Sequence record: DRR378314_468
Direction: 5' to 3' (one strand)
DNA length: 64,000 bases
The notes beneath the pieces are model-generated. The model was not told the DNA's origin and searched no databases. It saw only the letters and a program-made list of their open reading frames with translations. Position numbers and translations under genes: made by a program. Positions 40,028-50,178 of this stretch are shown one piece after another. Numbering within the stretch: position 1 is the stretch's first letter; every line of letters begins with the position of its first letter.

Positions 40028-41029
40028 ATGAAAAAATTAGGAACACTTTTAGTCGCCACAGCTTTGTTGGCATTGGGAGCCTGTAAGGACTCGGGATCAA
40101 AGAAAAAATTTTTACCACCTTCAACTGGGGGAATCAACTCCTTGATGGTTATTATGGACACCGAACTTTGGAGAGGTCCCGTAGGTGAGAAAATCAGGGA
40201 TGAATTTGCAGCGCAGATTGTTGGTTTGCCGCAAATAGAGCCCAAGTTTTCCATTACACAAATACCACCAAAGGTTTTTAAGGGCACAACTACCCATTCC
40301 AGATCCATTCTTTATGTGGAACAAGATTCAACGTCTTTGGCGCATATTAAGGACAATGCGTATTCCAAGCCACAAAAGGTAGCTGTAGTTACAGGCCCAA
40401 CGGAAGAAATAATGATCAAAAACCTGGATTCTTTGGCGGATAGAGCCATACAGGAATTTAAAGCGAACGAAATAGCCGAAGCACAAAGAAGGTTCGAGCG
40501 TTCTTTGAGCAAGGACAAGGCTTTGGAAGAACAATTTGGAATTCAACTGAACGTCCCATCACTCTATAAGGTGGGCAGAAGAGAAGAGAACTTTGTTTGG
40601 ATGGACATTCAGATTCCGAAGGGAACCATGAACATCATTGCCTATGAAATGCCTTGGGACTACTTTAGCAACGATTCCACATTTGTGCAGGACATTGTAA
40701 GAATGCGGGACTCGGTTGGCCAAAAGTATATCCCCGGCCCCTATGAAAACACTTATATGATTACGGAAAAGGCGTTTGCTCCCTACGTTTTTCCTGCGGA
40801 AATAGGCGGGAAAAAGGCAGCTGAGGTCAAAGGGGTTTGGGAAATCCATGGATACCCGATGGCAGGCCCATTTTTAACATACATCATCAACGATAAACCC
40901 AACAACAGAAAATTGATTCTAGAAGGCTTCACTTTTGCTCCCTCTGAGGCAAAAAGGGATTATATGTTTGAGCTGGAAGCGATATTAAAAACCGTGGATT
41001 TTACACCTTCAGATGCCGCATCGGACTAG
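40028..41029 (+). CDS. DUF4837-like lipoprotein
   Basis: LGAC lipobox; GLPQ.EP.F, G.W......MAGPF, KRDYMFELEAI. Confidence 0.72.
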   Translation: MKKLGTLLVATALLALGACKDSGSKKKFLPPSTGGINSLMVIMDTELWRGPVGEKIRDEFAAQIVGLPQIEPKFSITQIPPKVFKGTTTHSRSILYVEQDSTSLAHIKDNAYSKPQKVAVVTGPTEEIMIKNLDSLADRAIQEFKANEIAEAQRRFERSLSKDKALEEQFGIQLNVPSLYKVGRREENFVWMDIQIPKGTMNIIAYEMPWDYFSNDSTFVQDIVRMRDSVGQKYIPGPYENTYMITEKAFAPYVFPAEIGGKKAAEVKGVWEIHGYPMAGPFLTYIINDKPNNRKLILEGFTFAPSEAKRDYMFELEAILKTVDFTPSDAASD

Positions 41030-41048
41030 AGCAGTACAATTTATCAAA

Positions 41049-41087
41049 AACAAAGAGGCCCGGATGTAACATCCGGGCCTCTTTGTT
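41049..41087. terminator. Bidirectional terminator (19-bp perfect inverted repeat)
   Basis: AACAAAGAGGCCCGGATGT-A-ACATCCGGGCCTCTTTGTT between convergent genes. Confidence 0.85.
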
Positions 41088-41104
41088 CTTTAAAGCTTAG
41101 GGGG

Positions 41105-41275
41105 TTAATCAAACGCAAAGCCCGTAGCTATTCTGTACACAAATGCGTAAAGCACTATAAAGAACATGATAAAGCTGAACCAAGCGAATATTTTAAAATA
41201 TTTTTCTAGAATGATGTGTCCCAAATTGCGGAACCCTTCCAAATAAATTTCTTTAACGAGTAGTAATTTTTTCAT
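41105..41275 (-). CDS. Small membrane protein, 56 aa (DUF6747-like; not in the ORF track)
   Basis: MKKLLLVKEIYLEGFRNLGHIILEKYFKIFAWFSFIMFFIVLYAFVYRIATGFAFD; ends just before the terminator. Confidence 0.75.
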   Translation of the reverse strand: MKKLLLVKEIYLEGFRNLGHIILEKYFKIFAWFSFIMFFIVLYAFVYRIATGFAFD

Positions 41276-41529
41276 AAGTATGCTTTTTAAGATTTAAAGA
41301 CAGGTCAAAGATTTGAATTCGCCAAGGAGAACCGAAAATACGGGGATGAAAAACAAGAATACTCGGGTGAAAGACTTTGGTACATGGCAATAATCTGTAA
41401 GACCGTTGGTTTGATCGATAAAATACATATTGCCCCAAACAGGTCAACGAACAAAAACATCGTTGAAATACGATAATCCACTCAAAAAAAGACTAAAATC
41501 TTCCGAAAAAGGAATGATAAGAATACGTT

Positions 41530-43581
41530 TTATTCGGAAACAAGGATAAATTCGGACCTTCTGTTCAATCGATGGTCATCTGGGGCGCAAGGGTGCCCAT
41601 TGGAACAATTGTTCAACAAACGCTCTTCACCAAAGCCTTTGGCACTGATAATTCTTGAAGGGTCCACACCTTGCGAAATCATATAATCACGAGTTGATTT
41701 GGCACGTTTATCGGATAAATATTTGTTGTAGGCTTCCGGACCAATGGCATCGGTATGGGATTCAATTTTCAAGGACAGATTTTCGTTTTCCTTTAGTACC
41801 GTTATCAGTTTGTCCAATTCTTGTGCAGCTTTTGGGGTAACTTGGTAGCTATCAAAACCGAAATATACGTTGCTGGGCTCAAAAACCTCGGCAACAGGCT
41901 TTTCCTCAACGATTTGTTTGAGGTATTGAGATACTTGAATGTTTTCGTTGGTCTTGGTTTTAACGGATAGACTATCTTTTGTAAAACCTTTTTTAGTGGC
42001 TACGAGCGTGTAATCCGTTGTTGGGTTCAGGTATTTAAAAGTGTAGCTTCCCGTTGTATCCGCAATGGCTTTGTTGATCAAATCCTCATCTGTACCGTAC
42101 AGGGCAATATTTGCGCTGCCTATGGGCTCCCCAGTGGACAAGTTTTGGACAGCACCGGAAATACCATTCAAATTAAGGGTGTATACAAAGGAATAAATAT
42201 CATCATCGCCCTTGCCTCCTTTGCGATTGGATGCGAAATACCCCTTTTCTCCGGTTGCATCAACAATATAGGAGAAATCGTCTCTGTTACTGTTGATGGG
42301 CGCGCCCAAGTTAATGCCGACACTGAATTGCCCGTCCGAGCCATCAGATTTATATACATCCAACCCCCCAAGTCCCATTGGCCTATTGGAGGAGAAATAA
42401 AGGGCGTTTTCGGTCACGTAAGGGAACATTTCCTTGGCATTGGTGTTGATGGTCCTTCCAAGGTTTTTTGGCTCGGAGAACGCGCCGTTTTCGTAAATGT
42501 CCACCACATAAATGTCCGTGCCACCAAAACCCCCAGGTCTATCGGAAACAAAATACATTTTTTTGCCATTCGGACTGATGGATGGGTGGCCCGTGGAGTA
42601 GTCTTCGCTATTGAAAGGAAGTTCCTCGGCCTTGGACCACTCATCGTTAACGAATCGGGAACGGTAGATTTTTAAATGGTTGATGCCGTTCTTTCCCCTT
42701 TTAAGTCGCTTGCCATAGTTGTTTCGGGTAAAATAAATGGTCTTTTGGTCGGGGGAGAAAGCCAAAGAGGCCTCGTGGTATTTGGTATTGATGTTTTTGG
42801 AGAATTTTTTGGGGGATGATAAATCTCCTTCCTCGTTCTTGCTTTTTGCTATATAAAGATCCAAAAAAGGCTGATTGGTCCAACGATACTTTCTTGTGGT
42901 CAAAACGGAGGAATCCTTTGCCGACGAATAAACAATATCGGAACCATTATGAAACATGGGTGAAAAGTCGGAATAAGGGGAGTTGATGCCCAAATTTTTG
43001 ATAGTTACCGAGTATGCCCCTTTCCAAGTATTGTTTTTGATTTTTTCAAGCTCGTTTAAGGGTTCTCCTCTTTTTTCTCTTAAGATTTTGGTCAGGGCTG
43101 CAGCCCTTCTGTACTTGCCGGTTCCCTTAAGGGTTTGGGTATATTTAAAAAAAGTATCGTCCTGCATCTCATTTTGGTACAATTGATACAGCTCGTTGTA
43201 CCACTTGTAGGACTTTTCCAAATTACCGATGTAATAATGAGAATCCCCGGCTTTGGACAATAGTGGCAAAGTATGCTCAGCTTCGGTTTTTTCCAGCACA
43301 ATGTCGAACATGCGAGCTGCCTCGGCATACCACATTTTATCAAAGTACGCGTTAGCTTTTTCAATAAGTTTATCGGCAATCCCTTCTTTTTGAAGGTGTT
43401 TGCTAAGGTCTGTTTCGCTTAAACCATCTAAATTATCGACTAAACGGGCATTATCGGAAACCGATACATTGGCTTTTTTATGAGGCGTGGAAGGTGTCCC
43501 GTCATATTGGGATAGCGCAAGCTCTTGGGAAAACATCCCAAGGGAACAGAACAATAAAATGAGCAAGATCAGTCTTTTCAT
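41530..43581 (-). CDS. PorE-like protein: TPR, PD40 propeller, carboxypeptidase-regulatory-like domain, OmpA_C
   Basis: YFVSDRPGGFGGTDIY repeats; ESHTD...YN..LS..RA and NRRSEF OmpA motifs. Confidence 0.88.
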   Translation of the reverse strand: MKRLILLILLFCSLGMFSQELALSQYDGTPSTPHKKANVSVSDNARLVDNLDGLSETDLSKHLQKEGIADKLIEKANAYFDKMWYAEAARMFDIVLEKTEAEHTLPLLSKAGDSHYYIGNLEKSYKWYNELYQLYQNEMQDDTFFKYTQTLKGTGKYRRAAALTKILREKRGEPLNELEKIKNNTWKGAYSVTIKNLGINSPYSDFSPMFHNGSDIVYSSAKDSSVLTTRKYRWTNQPFLDLYIAKSKNEEGDLSSPKKFSKNINTKYHEASLAFSPDQKTIYFTRNNYGKRLKRGKNGINHLKIYRSRFVNDEWSKAEELPFNSEDYSTGHPSISPNGKKMYFVSDRPGGFGGTDIYVVDIYENGAFSEPKNLGRTINTNAKEMFPYVTENALYFSSNRPMGLGGLDVYKSDGSDGQFSVGINLGAPINSNRDDFSYIVDATGEKGYFASNRKGGKGDDDIYSFVYTLNLNGISGAVQNLSTGEPIGSANIALYGTDEDLINKAIADTTGSYTFKYLNPTTDYTLVATKKGFTKDSLSVKTKTNENIQVSQYLKQIVEEKPVAEVFEPSNVYFGFDSYQVTPKAAQELDKLITVLKENENLSLKIESHTDAIGPEAYNKYLSDKRAKSTRDYMISQGVDPSRIISAKGFGEERLLNNCSNGHPCAPDDHRLNRRSEFILVSE

Positions 43582-43801
43582 TACCACTCCATCTGCGCAA
43601 ACGAACAATTGGTGTTCATTTGGAGGTTAAGCATATAGAGGCCTAACAGTTTAGTTTGAACCGCTAAAATAGGATAAGGTAAGTGGGGTGATAATTTTTT
43701 GTTGTGAAAGGGCGAATTTGCGACGTTGAATACCAAAAAAATGTTGTTGTTGGTCGAAAACCATTTAAGAACACAGTGTGTTTCAGGCCACAAGAATCAA
43801 T

Positions 43802-43999
43802 TTAGGATTTTGACTCGTTTGCTTCACCTTCCAATTTGTCGTCTTCTTTGGTGGCGTTCTTAAATTCTTTAATTCCGCTTCCAAGCCCCTTCATAAGTTC
43901 TGGAATCTTTCTGCCTCCAAATAGCAAAACTACCACGGCAACGATCAAAACAATCTGCCAAGGACCTAGCATACCAAGAAATATAGTTTGAGCAATCAT
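43802..43999 (-). CDS. tatA: Twin-arginine translocase TatA/E subunit
   Basis: LLFGGRKIPELMKGLGSGIKEFK. Confidence 0.95.
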   Translation of the reverse strand: MIAQTIFLGMLGPWQIVLIVAVVVLLFGGRKIPELMKGLGSGIKEFKNATKEDDKLEGEANESKS

Positions 44000-44165
44000 A
44001 TCTACAAAACCTTTAATTAGAAATGTAAAAGTACTAAAAAGAAGTGGAAGAGTATGTTCGATTAACGAAAATTAGCATTTCAAAATGAATTTTAAGAACT
44101 TATCGGCTTCAGCTTTTTAAAAAGCTTAACATGCATATTAAAATCTAAGACTATCTTTGTTATCC

Positions 44166-45035
44166 ATGGCAAAGGACAAAAAGAAAAGAAAGGAGATAAA
44201 ACGCAAGCTACTGCACAAGTACCGTTTGGTGATTCTGAACGAAAGCACCTTTGAGGAAAAGATATCCTTTAAGCTGAACAGGCTCAATGTTTTTGTCACG
44301 GGGACTTTGTTCATCATTGTGCTGATAGGGGTTACCACCTTGATCATTGCATTTACACCCTTGAGGGAATATATCCCGGGATATTCATCAACCAGATTAA
44401 AAAGACAGGCCACGGAGCTTACCTATAAAACGGATTCCTTGGTTACCGTCCTCAATTATACCAATAGGTATTTGGACAATGTGAGAAAAGTGTTACGAGG
44501 CGATATAGAGAACAACCAAATGAATCGCGACTCCCTATTTGAGCAATACAAGTTGGACCCGGCTTCCGTGGACCTTACCCCTATTCGGCAAGACCTGCTT
44601 TTAAGGGAAGAGGTGGAACTTGAAGATAAGTACAATCTTTTTGAAAGGGATGTGGAGAATCTGGGAACGTTGTTTTTTTCGCCTGTAAACGGTACCGTAT
44701 CCCAAGAATTTGACCAAAAAACAAAACATTATGCGGTAGATTTAGTGGCCCCACGAGAAACACCGGTAAAATCAATCGCCGATGGCACCGTGCTTTTTGC
44801 CGAATGGACTACCGAAACAGGGTATGTCATCATCATAGAGCATCAAGAGGGCATTACCTCTGTTTACAAGCACAACGGTTCCTTGAGCAAAACTCAAGGC
44901 GATTTGGTAAAGGCGGGCGAAGTAATAGCCTCCATCGGAAATACGGGAGAGCTCACAACAGGGCCACACCTCCATTTTGAACTTTGGAGAAAAGGAAAAC
45001 CCGTGAATCCTCAGAACTACATTGATTTTAACTAA
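44166..45035 (+). CDS. M23 family metallopeptidase with N-terminal TM
   Basis: HYAVD, YKHNG, TGPHLHFE motifs. Confidence 0.92.
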   Translation: MAKDKKKRKEIKRKLLHKYRLVILNESTFEEKISFKLNRLNVFVTGTLFIIVLIGVTTLIIAFTPLREYIPGYSSTRLKRQATELTYKTDSLVTVLNYTNRYLDNVRKVLRGDIENNQMNRDSLFEQYKLDPASVDLTPIRQDLLLREEVELEDKYNLFERDVENLGTLFFSPVNGTVSQEFDQKTKHYAVDLVAPRETPVKSIADGTVLFAEWTTETGYVIIIEHQEGITSVYKHNGSLSKTQGDLVKAGEVIASIGNTGELTTGPHLHFELWRKGKPVNPQNYIDFN

Positions 45036-46535
45036 ATGTCCTTAAAAGCATTTGCAGCAAAAATATTTGCCAATCGGATAGCCAAAAAGACCAAAAAATG
45101 GGTGGACCAGCCGGTGAAAACCCAACAAAAGGTGTTTAATCAGCTGGTGGCTCAAGCAACGAACACTGTTTTTGGCAAGGAGCATCAGTTCCAAACAATT
45201 AAGTCTCATCAGGATTTTGTAGAACGGGTTCCGATTCGTGATTATGAAGAATTAAAAGGCTACGTGCAGCAAATCATTGAAGGGGAAGAAGATGTACTTT
45301 GGCCAGGAAAGCCCATTTACTTTGCTAAAACATCGGGCACTACTTCGGGAGCAAAATATATCCCTATTACCAAACCATCCATTAAGAATCAAGTAGAGGC
45401 TTCACGCAATGCCATTCTCAACTATATCCACGAAACAGGGAATGCCGATTTTGTGGATGGCAGAATGATTTTTTTACAGGGAAGCCCAATTTTGGAAGAA
45501 AAGAACGGCATTAAGTTGGGGAGACTCTCTGGAATATCGGCACACTACGTGCCCAACTACCTTCAAAAAAACCGATTGCCCAGCTGGGAAACCAATTGTA
45601 TTGAAGACTGGGAAACCAAGGTCGAAAAAATTGTTGAGGAAACCGAAAAGGAAAATATGACTGTTATTGCAGGGATTCCTTCTTGGGTACAGATGTATTT
45701 TGAAAAACTCAACGCCAAGACGGGAAAAAAAGTGGGCGATCTTTTCAAGGAGTTCCAATTGTTCATTTACGGTGGTGTGAATTACGAGCCCTACCGTGCC
45801 AAGTTTGAAAACCTGATAGGAAGAAAAGTGGACAGCATTGAGCTGTTTCCCGCAAGTGAAGGATTTTTTGCCTATCAAAACTCGCAAAAGGAAAAGGGCA
45901 TGCTTTTGCTTTTGGATGCCGGTATTTTTTATGAGTTTGTAAAAGCAGATCAGTTTTTTGACGAAAGTCCCAAAAGGTTGACCCTTGCGGAAGTGGAACT
46001 GGATGTGGACTATGCCATGGTAATTTCCACCAATGCGGGGCTGTGGGGCTACAACCTAGGGGATACCGTTCGGTTTACTTCTAAAGATCCTTATAAAATA
46101 GTGGTTTCGGGAAGAATCAAACATTTTATATCCGCTTTTGGAGAGCACGTAATAGCCAAGGAAGTGGAGGAAGCCTTAAGATTGGCCATGGAACAGACGG
46201 ATGCCGTAGTCAACGAGTTTACCGTGGCGCCGCAAACGAATCCAGATGAAGGGGAGCTTCCCTATCACGAATGGTTTATCGAGTTTCAACAGGAACCAAC
46301 GGACTGGGATAAATTTTCCGAAATCATTGAGGAAAGCATGAAAAAGCAGAACAGCTATTATTTTGATTTGATAGATGGGAACATCCTTCAACCATTAAAA
46401 ATCAGTAGCATCAAACCCAATGGTTTTCAAGATTATATGAAATCCATTGGAAAACTGGGAGGGCAAAACAAGGTACAGCGCCTTGCCAACGACCGTAAAG
46501 TGGCTGATGGATTGCAACCCTTTAAAATAAGTTGA
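45036..46535 (+). CDS. GH3 family acyl-acid amido synthetase
   Basis: KTSGTTSGAKYIP, FPASEGFF and GLWGY.LGDTV correspond to GH3 motifs I-III. Confidence 0.88.
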   Translation: MSLKAFAAKIFANRIAKKTKKWVDQPVKTQQKVFNQLVAQATNTVFGKEHQFQTIKSHQDFVERVPIRDYEELKGYVQQIIEGEEDVLWPGKPIYFAKTSGTTSGAKYIPITKPSIKNQVEASRNAILNYIHETGNADFVDGRMIFLQGSPILEEKNGIKLGRLSGISAHYVPNYLQKNRLPSWETNCIEDWETKVEKIVEETEKENMTVIAGIPSWVQMYFEKLNAKTGKKVGDLFKEFQLFIYGGVNYEPYRAKFENLIGRKVDSIELFPASEGFFAYQNSQKEKGMLLLLDAGIFYEFVKADQFFDESPKRLTLAEVELDVDYAMVISTNAGLWGYNLGDTVRFTSKDPYKIVVSGRIKHFISAFGEHVIAKEVEEALRLAMEQTDAVVNEFTVAPQTNPDEGELPYHEWFIEFQQEPTDWDKFSEIIEESMKKQNSYYFDLIDGNILQPLKISSIKPNGFQDYMKSIGKLGGQNKVQRLANDRKVADGLQPFKIS

Positions 46536-46572
46536 CCTAGAACAGCTCTATTTTTATAGGAAATCACTTATT

Positions 46573-48273
46573 TTGCCAGAAGATATGACGGCAACAGAAG
46601 TAAAACAGACTACCAGGGCACAGGAGTCCACCAATGCAATTGAGCGTTTGTACATTACTATGCGCCATTTGCTCAATCGTGGATTCTACAAACCATCGGG
46701 CGTTTCCGGCAATGCTCTTCGGAACGCACTTTTATTGTTAAGGCCCGAAATTTATGGAACTATTGCGGAGGACAAGGCCGAACTCAATGGGTTGATTTAT
46801 GTATTGGAGCGTTTGCCCGAAGGCATAGAAGAGTGTCGATTCATCAACCTAACATCGGATGAAGGCTTTGCAAAATCTCACCTAATAGCAATAGTGCCCC
46901 CAAAAAGAAGAAGAAACTGCTACCGAATCGATGACGAACAGATGAACATCGAGATTACTCGGGGCAGAAGCGATATCTATGATATTTTGACCCACCTTAC
47001 CTTTTTGTTCGTAGAGTCCGGTAAAATCTCAAGAAGGGTATTGGTCGATGATGGCAATGCCACCATTCGCGATTGGGACAAGCTTACCGAGTTTGTCCTC
47101 AGCGAGGAAAAAGACAACGATGAAAGGGAAGTCGCCATGATACATTGTGCCAATATTTTAGGGAGAACCTTTGATGAGGTCGTTGATATTCAAAATAAAT
47201 TGAAAACTGCCGAGGATCCCGACCGCTTTTTAAATGTAATCTATTGGTTGGGCAAATTGGCGATTGAGGAAGAAACCACGGGGAATAAAAGGACGATCAC
47301 TTTCAGTCCCTTGTTGCGGGAGCGCTTGGGACACCACTTGCACGGAGAAAAATGGGCGGACAAAATCAAGAAGACTTTAAAGGAGAACAACTTAATCCAT
47401 AGGCCTCTTCATATTATCAGTGCCAATATGCACAGTGTGATGAACTCGTTGTTCGCAAAAAAGGCCTTGGCAAAAGAATTCCCCGACAACGAGTCATTGG
47501 ATATCTATGAAGCGTTGGGCTCGGCAAAACATAGGAGCTTGAACAAAAAGGTGCAAAATCTAGCGGAAAAGAGCGGGATGATATTTTTGGATGACGAATC
47601 CGGTGCCAATATTGATGTGCAGATTTTTGACACGGCCAAGTTCGGAAAACAAAGTTGTTGCTATACCCTGCCCGACAATGTTCTGCAGGAAGAAAAACCC
47701 GTTATATTTGTGATGGATTACGCCTTTGGGGAACAGGCCTATGAAACCATAGATGAACTATTGAAACCGATGGAAGAAGGAGATGAAAAGATTTTTCTGA
47801 ATGTAGATTCAGTTTCCATAATGGGAAAGGCAGGAATTCTGGAAGGAGGCAAGGGTGATTTGATGATTCCATCCGCCCATATTTTTGAAGGGACAGCGGA
47901 CAACTACCCTTTTAAGAATGAATTGAACGGCTCGGATTTTGAAGGCCACGGCTTAAAGGTAATGGAAGGAACTATGGTCACCGTATTGGGAACATCGCTT
48001 CAAAACCGCGATATTCTCCAGTTTTTCCATGAATCCACTTGGAATGTGATAGGTTTGGAAATGGAAGGCGTGCATTATCAAAAGGCAATACAATCGGCAT
48101 CCCAAATACGAAAAAGCATAAAAAATGATGTTAAGGTACGATATGCTTACTATGCATCGGACAATCCTTTGGAAACAGGAAGCACATTGGCTTCGGGAGG
48201 ATTGGGAACAACAGGGGTAAAGCCCACATATTTAATTACGGACAGGATTTTAAAACAAATATTCAACTCATAG
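46573..48273 (+). CDS. Conserved protein (DUF6909-like) with a C-terminal nucleoside phosphorylase/AMP nucleosidase-like domain
   Basis: MGKAG...GDLMIP, GLEMEG, ASDNPL motifs; true start may be the ATG at 46585. Confidence 0.7.
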   Translation: MPEDMTATEVKQTTRAQESTNAIERLYITMRHLLNRGFYKPSGVSGNALRNALLLLRPEIYGTIAEDKAELNGLIYVLERLPEGIEECRFINLTSDEGFAKSHLIAIVPPKRRRNCYRIDDEQMNIEITRGRSDIYDILTHLTFLFVESGKISRRVLVDDGNATIRDWDKLTEFVLSEEKDNDEREVAMIHCANILGRTFDEVVDIQNKLKTAEDPDRFLNVIYWLGKLAIEEETTGNKRTITFSPLLRERLGHHLHGEKWADKIKKTLKENNLIHRPLHIISANMHSVMNSLFAKKALAKEFPDNESLDIYEALGSAKHRSLNKKVQNLAEKSGMIFLDDESGANIDVQIFDTAKFGKQSCCYTLPDNVLQEEKPVIFVMDYAFGEQAYETIDELLKPMEEGDEKIFLNVDSVSIMGKAGILEGGKGDLMIPSAHIFEGTADNYPFKNELNGSDFEGHGLKVMEGTMVTVLGTSLQNRDILQFFHESTWNVIGLEMEGVHYQKAIQSASQIRKSIKNDVKVRYAYYASDNPLETGSTLASGGLGTTGVKPTYLITDRILKQIFNS

Positions 48274-48275
48274 GT

Positions 48276-49325
48276 ATGGCAGACCAACCAGTAAATCAGA
48301 ATAATTCGGATGAAATAGATTTGGGACAATTGTTCCAAATGATAGGAAGGGGCTTTCAAAAGTTCTTCAACTTCATCGGTAACATTTTTAAAGGAATTTT
48401 CCATGTAATCATGCTATTTCTTCTTTTTGTTCAAAAGAATATTATAGTTATTGGAGCTGCAGTAATTATCGGAGGTGTTGGAGGTTTTATTTTAGATAGG
48501 GTACTGCCGGAAAAGTATATTTCCAGAATGGTGGTGGAACCTAACTTTAATAGTGTTCAGCAGCTGTACAACAACATAGCCTTTTATAATGATTTGGCTA
48601 AAGCACAGGACTCTGTGGCTTTGGCCACGGCATTGAACATTACAGAGCACGAAGCGGCCAGTATTAAAGAAATTTTCACCGACTCATATTCCGATGAAAA
48701 CCAGAAGATAAAGCTCTTTGACCAATTTATCCGTGGATTGGACACTACTACGGTAAAGGCAATAGATTATGAGAACTACTTGCAAAACTTTAATTCTATG
48801 GATGCGAGGTTTCACCAGATTTCAGTGATCAGCACCGATAATAGAGTGGCCAAGAAAACACAACCAGCAATTATAAACTCTATTTCCGTCAATGAATACT
48901 TCAAGTTACAGAAGAGAATCAATGATGAAAACCTGGAACTTCAAGAAGATATTTACAAAAACCAATTGGTGGAAATAGACTCGCTTCAAAGCTTATACAG
49001 GACTGTTTTGGTCAAGGAAGCGGACAAACCAATGCAGGGCACCAGCATCAATATGGCCGAGGGAGGAGACTCTAAAGGAAGAGAACTTGCCCTTATACAA
49101 GAAAAGGATGTGTTAAAAGAACGATTGGTCGAATTGAATGAAGAAAGGGCCAATAAGTCAACGATTATAAACGTGATCAGTGATTTCCCCACAAGAGGTG
49201 TAGAGCAGAAGGGAATCTGGAGCAGCTATAAGTTTAAACTCCCTATTTTACTATTGATATTGGTGTTCGGTATCTTGGCATTGTTGGAGCTTAACAGGTA
49301 TTTGAAATCCTACAATCAAAAATAA
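48276..49325 (+). CDS. Wzz-like polysaccharide chain-length determinant
   Basis: DEIDL..LF N-terminus, TM segments at both ends, coiled coil in between. Confidence 0.7.
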   Translation: MADQPVNQNNSDEIDLGQLFQMIGRGFQKFFNFIGNIFKGIFHVIMLFLLFVQKNIIVIGAAVIIGGVGGFILDRVLPEKYISRMVVEPNFNSVQQLYNNIAFYNDLAKAQDSVALATALNITEHEAASIKEIFTDSYSDENQKIKLFDQFIRGLDTTTVKAIDYENYLQNFNSMDARFHQISVISTDNRVAKKTQPAIINSISVNEYFKLQKRINDENLELQEDIYKNQLVEIDSLQSLYRTVLVKEADKPMQGTSINMAEGGDSKGRELALIQEKDVLKERLVELNEERANKSTIINVISDFPTRGVEQKGIWSSYKFKLPILLLILVFGILALLELNRYLKSYNQK

Positions 49326-49366
49326 TCTGGGTTTTTAGTTTGGGGGAAAATCAAAAAGGGAGTACA

Positions 49367-50143
49367 ATGAGACGAATCTTGGTAACCGGTTCGGGTGGTC
49401 AACTAGGACTAACGCTACAGGAACAGGCCCATGATTTTACAGAAGCTTCTTTTGATTTCAGAACATCCAAGGAACTTGATATTACCCGACGCGCCCAAGT
49501 AACCCAAGTTTTTCAACAAGGGGAGTATGATTTCTGCATCAATTGTGCTGCATATACGAATGTGGAGGAAGCAGAGAAAAATCCCAACAAGGCATTTGCC
49601 GTCAATGCAGAAGGGGTAAAAAACCTTGCTGAGGCCTGTAGAATAAAAGGAACCACCTTAATACATCTGTCTACGGACTATGTTTTTGATGGGGAAAAGA
49701 AGGGAGGCTATACCAGTGATGACACTACCAATCCAATCAACATATATGGAAAGTCCAAGTTGGCCGGGGAAAAATTTATTCAACAGATATTACCCAACCA
49801 TTTTATAATTCGCGCATCTTGGTTGTATAGCAAAAAGTACGGTCATAATTTCTATCGTACAATTGTTAAAAAGGCTAAATTGGGAGAGGAGCTTCACATT
49901 ACCGATGCCCAAAAAGGATGTCCGACCAGTACAGAGGCATTGGCGATATTTATTTTGAAAGAAATCGTAATGGGGAACAAACCTTTTGGCATTTATCATT
50001 TTACGGATGGCAAACCCATGACATGGTTTGACTTTGCAAAACAAATAGTGGATGAGAATGGGCTGACAGGCAAGGTAAAGCTTGTTTTGGATTCGAATTA
50101 TCGTACTTTCGCAAAGAGGCCAAAAAACAGTGTTCTTTCCTAA
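49367..50143 (+). CDS. rfbD: dTDP-4-dehydrorhamnose reductase
   Basis: GSGGQLG, NCAAYTNV, STDYVFDG, YGKSKLAGE. Confidence 0.92.
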   Translation: MRRILVTGSGGQLGLTLQEQAHDFTEASFDFRTSKELDITRRAQVTQVFQQGEYDFCINCAAYTNVEEAEKNPNKAFAVNAEGVKNLAEACRIKGTTLIHLSTDYVFDGEKKGGYTSDDTTNPINIYGKSKLAGEKFIQQILPNHFIIRASWLYSKKYGHNFYRTIVKKAKLGEELHITDAQKGCPTSTEALAIFILKEIVMGNKPFGIYHFTDGKPMTWFDFAKQIVDENGLTGKVKLVLDSNYRTFAKRPKNSVLS

Positions 50144-50178
50144 CATTTTGGGGATACTAAGATTTTAAGGGAGCTTAT

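Noticed and set aside
49367-50143. rfbD as a pseudogene because it ends shortly after RPKNS
   Set aside because: All catalytic and cofactor motifs are intact and no frameshifted continuation is visible downstream; may be a naturally short variant.
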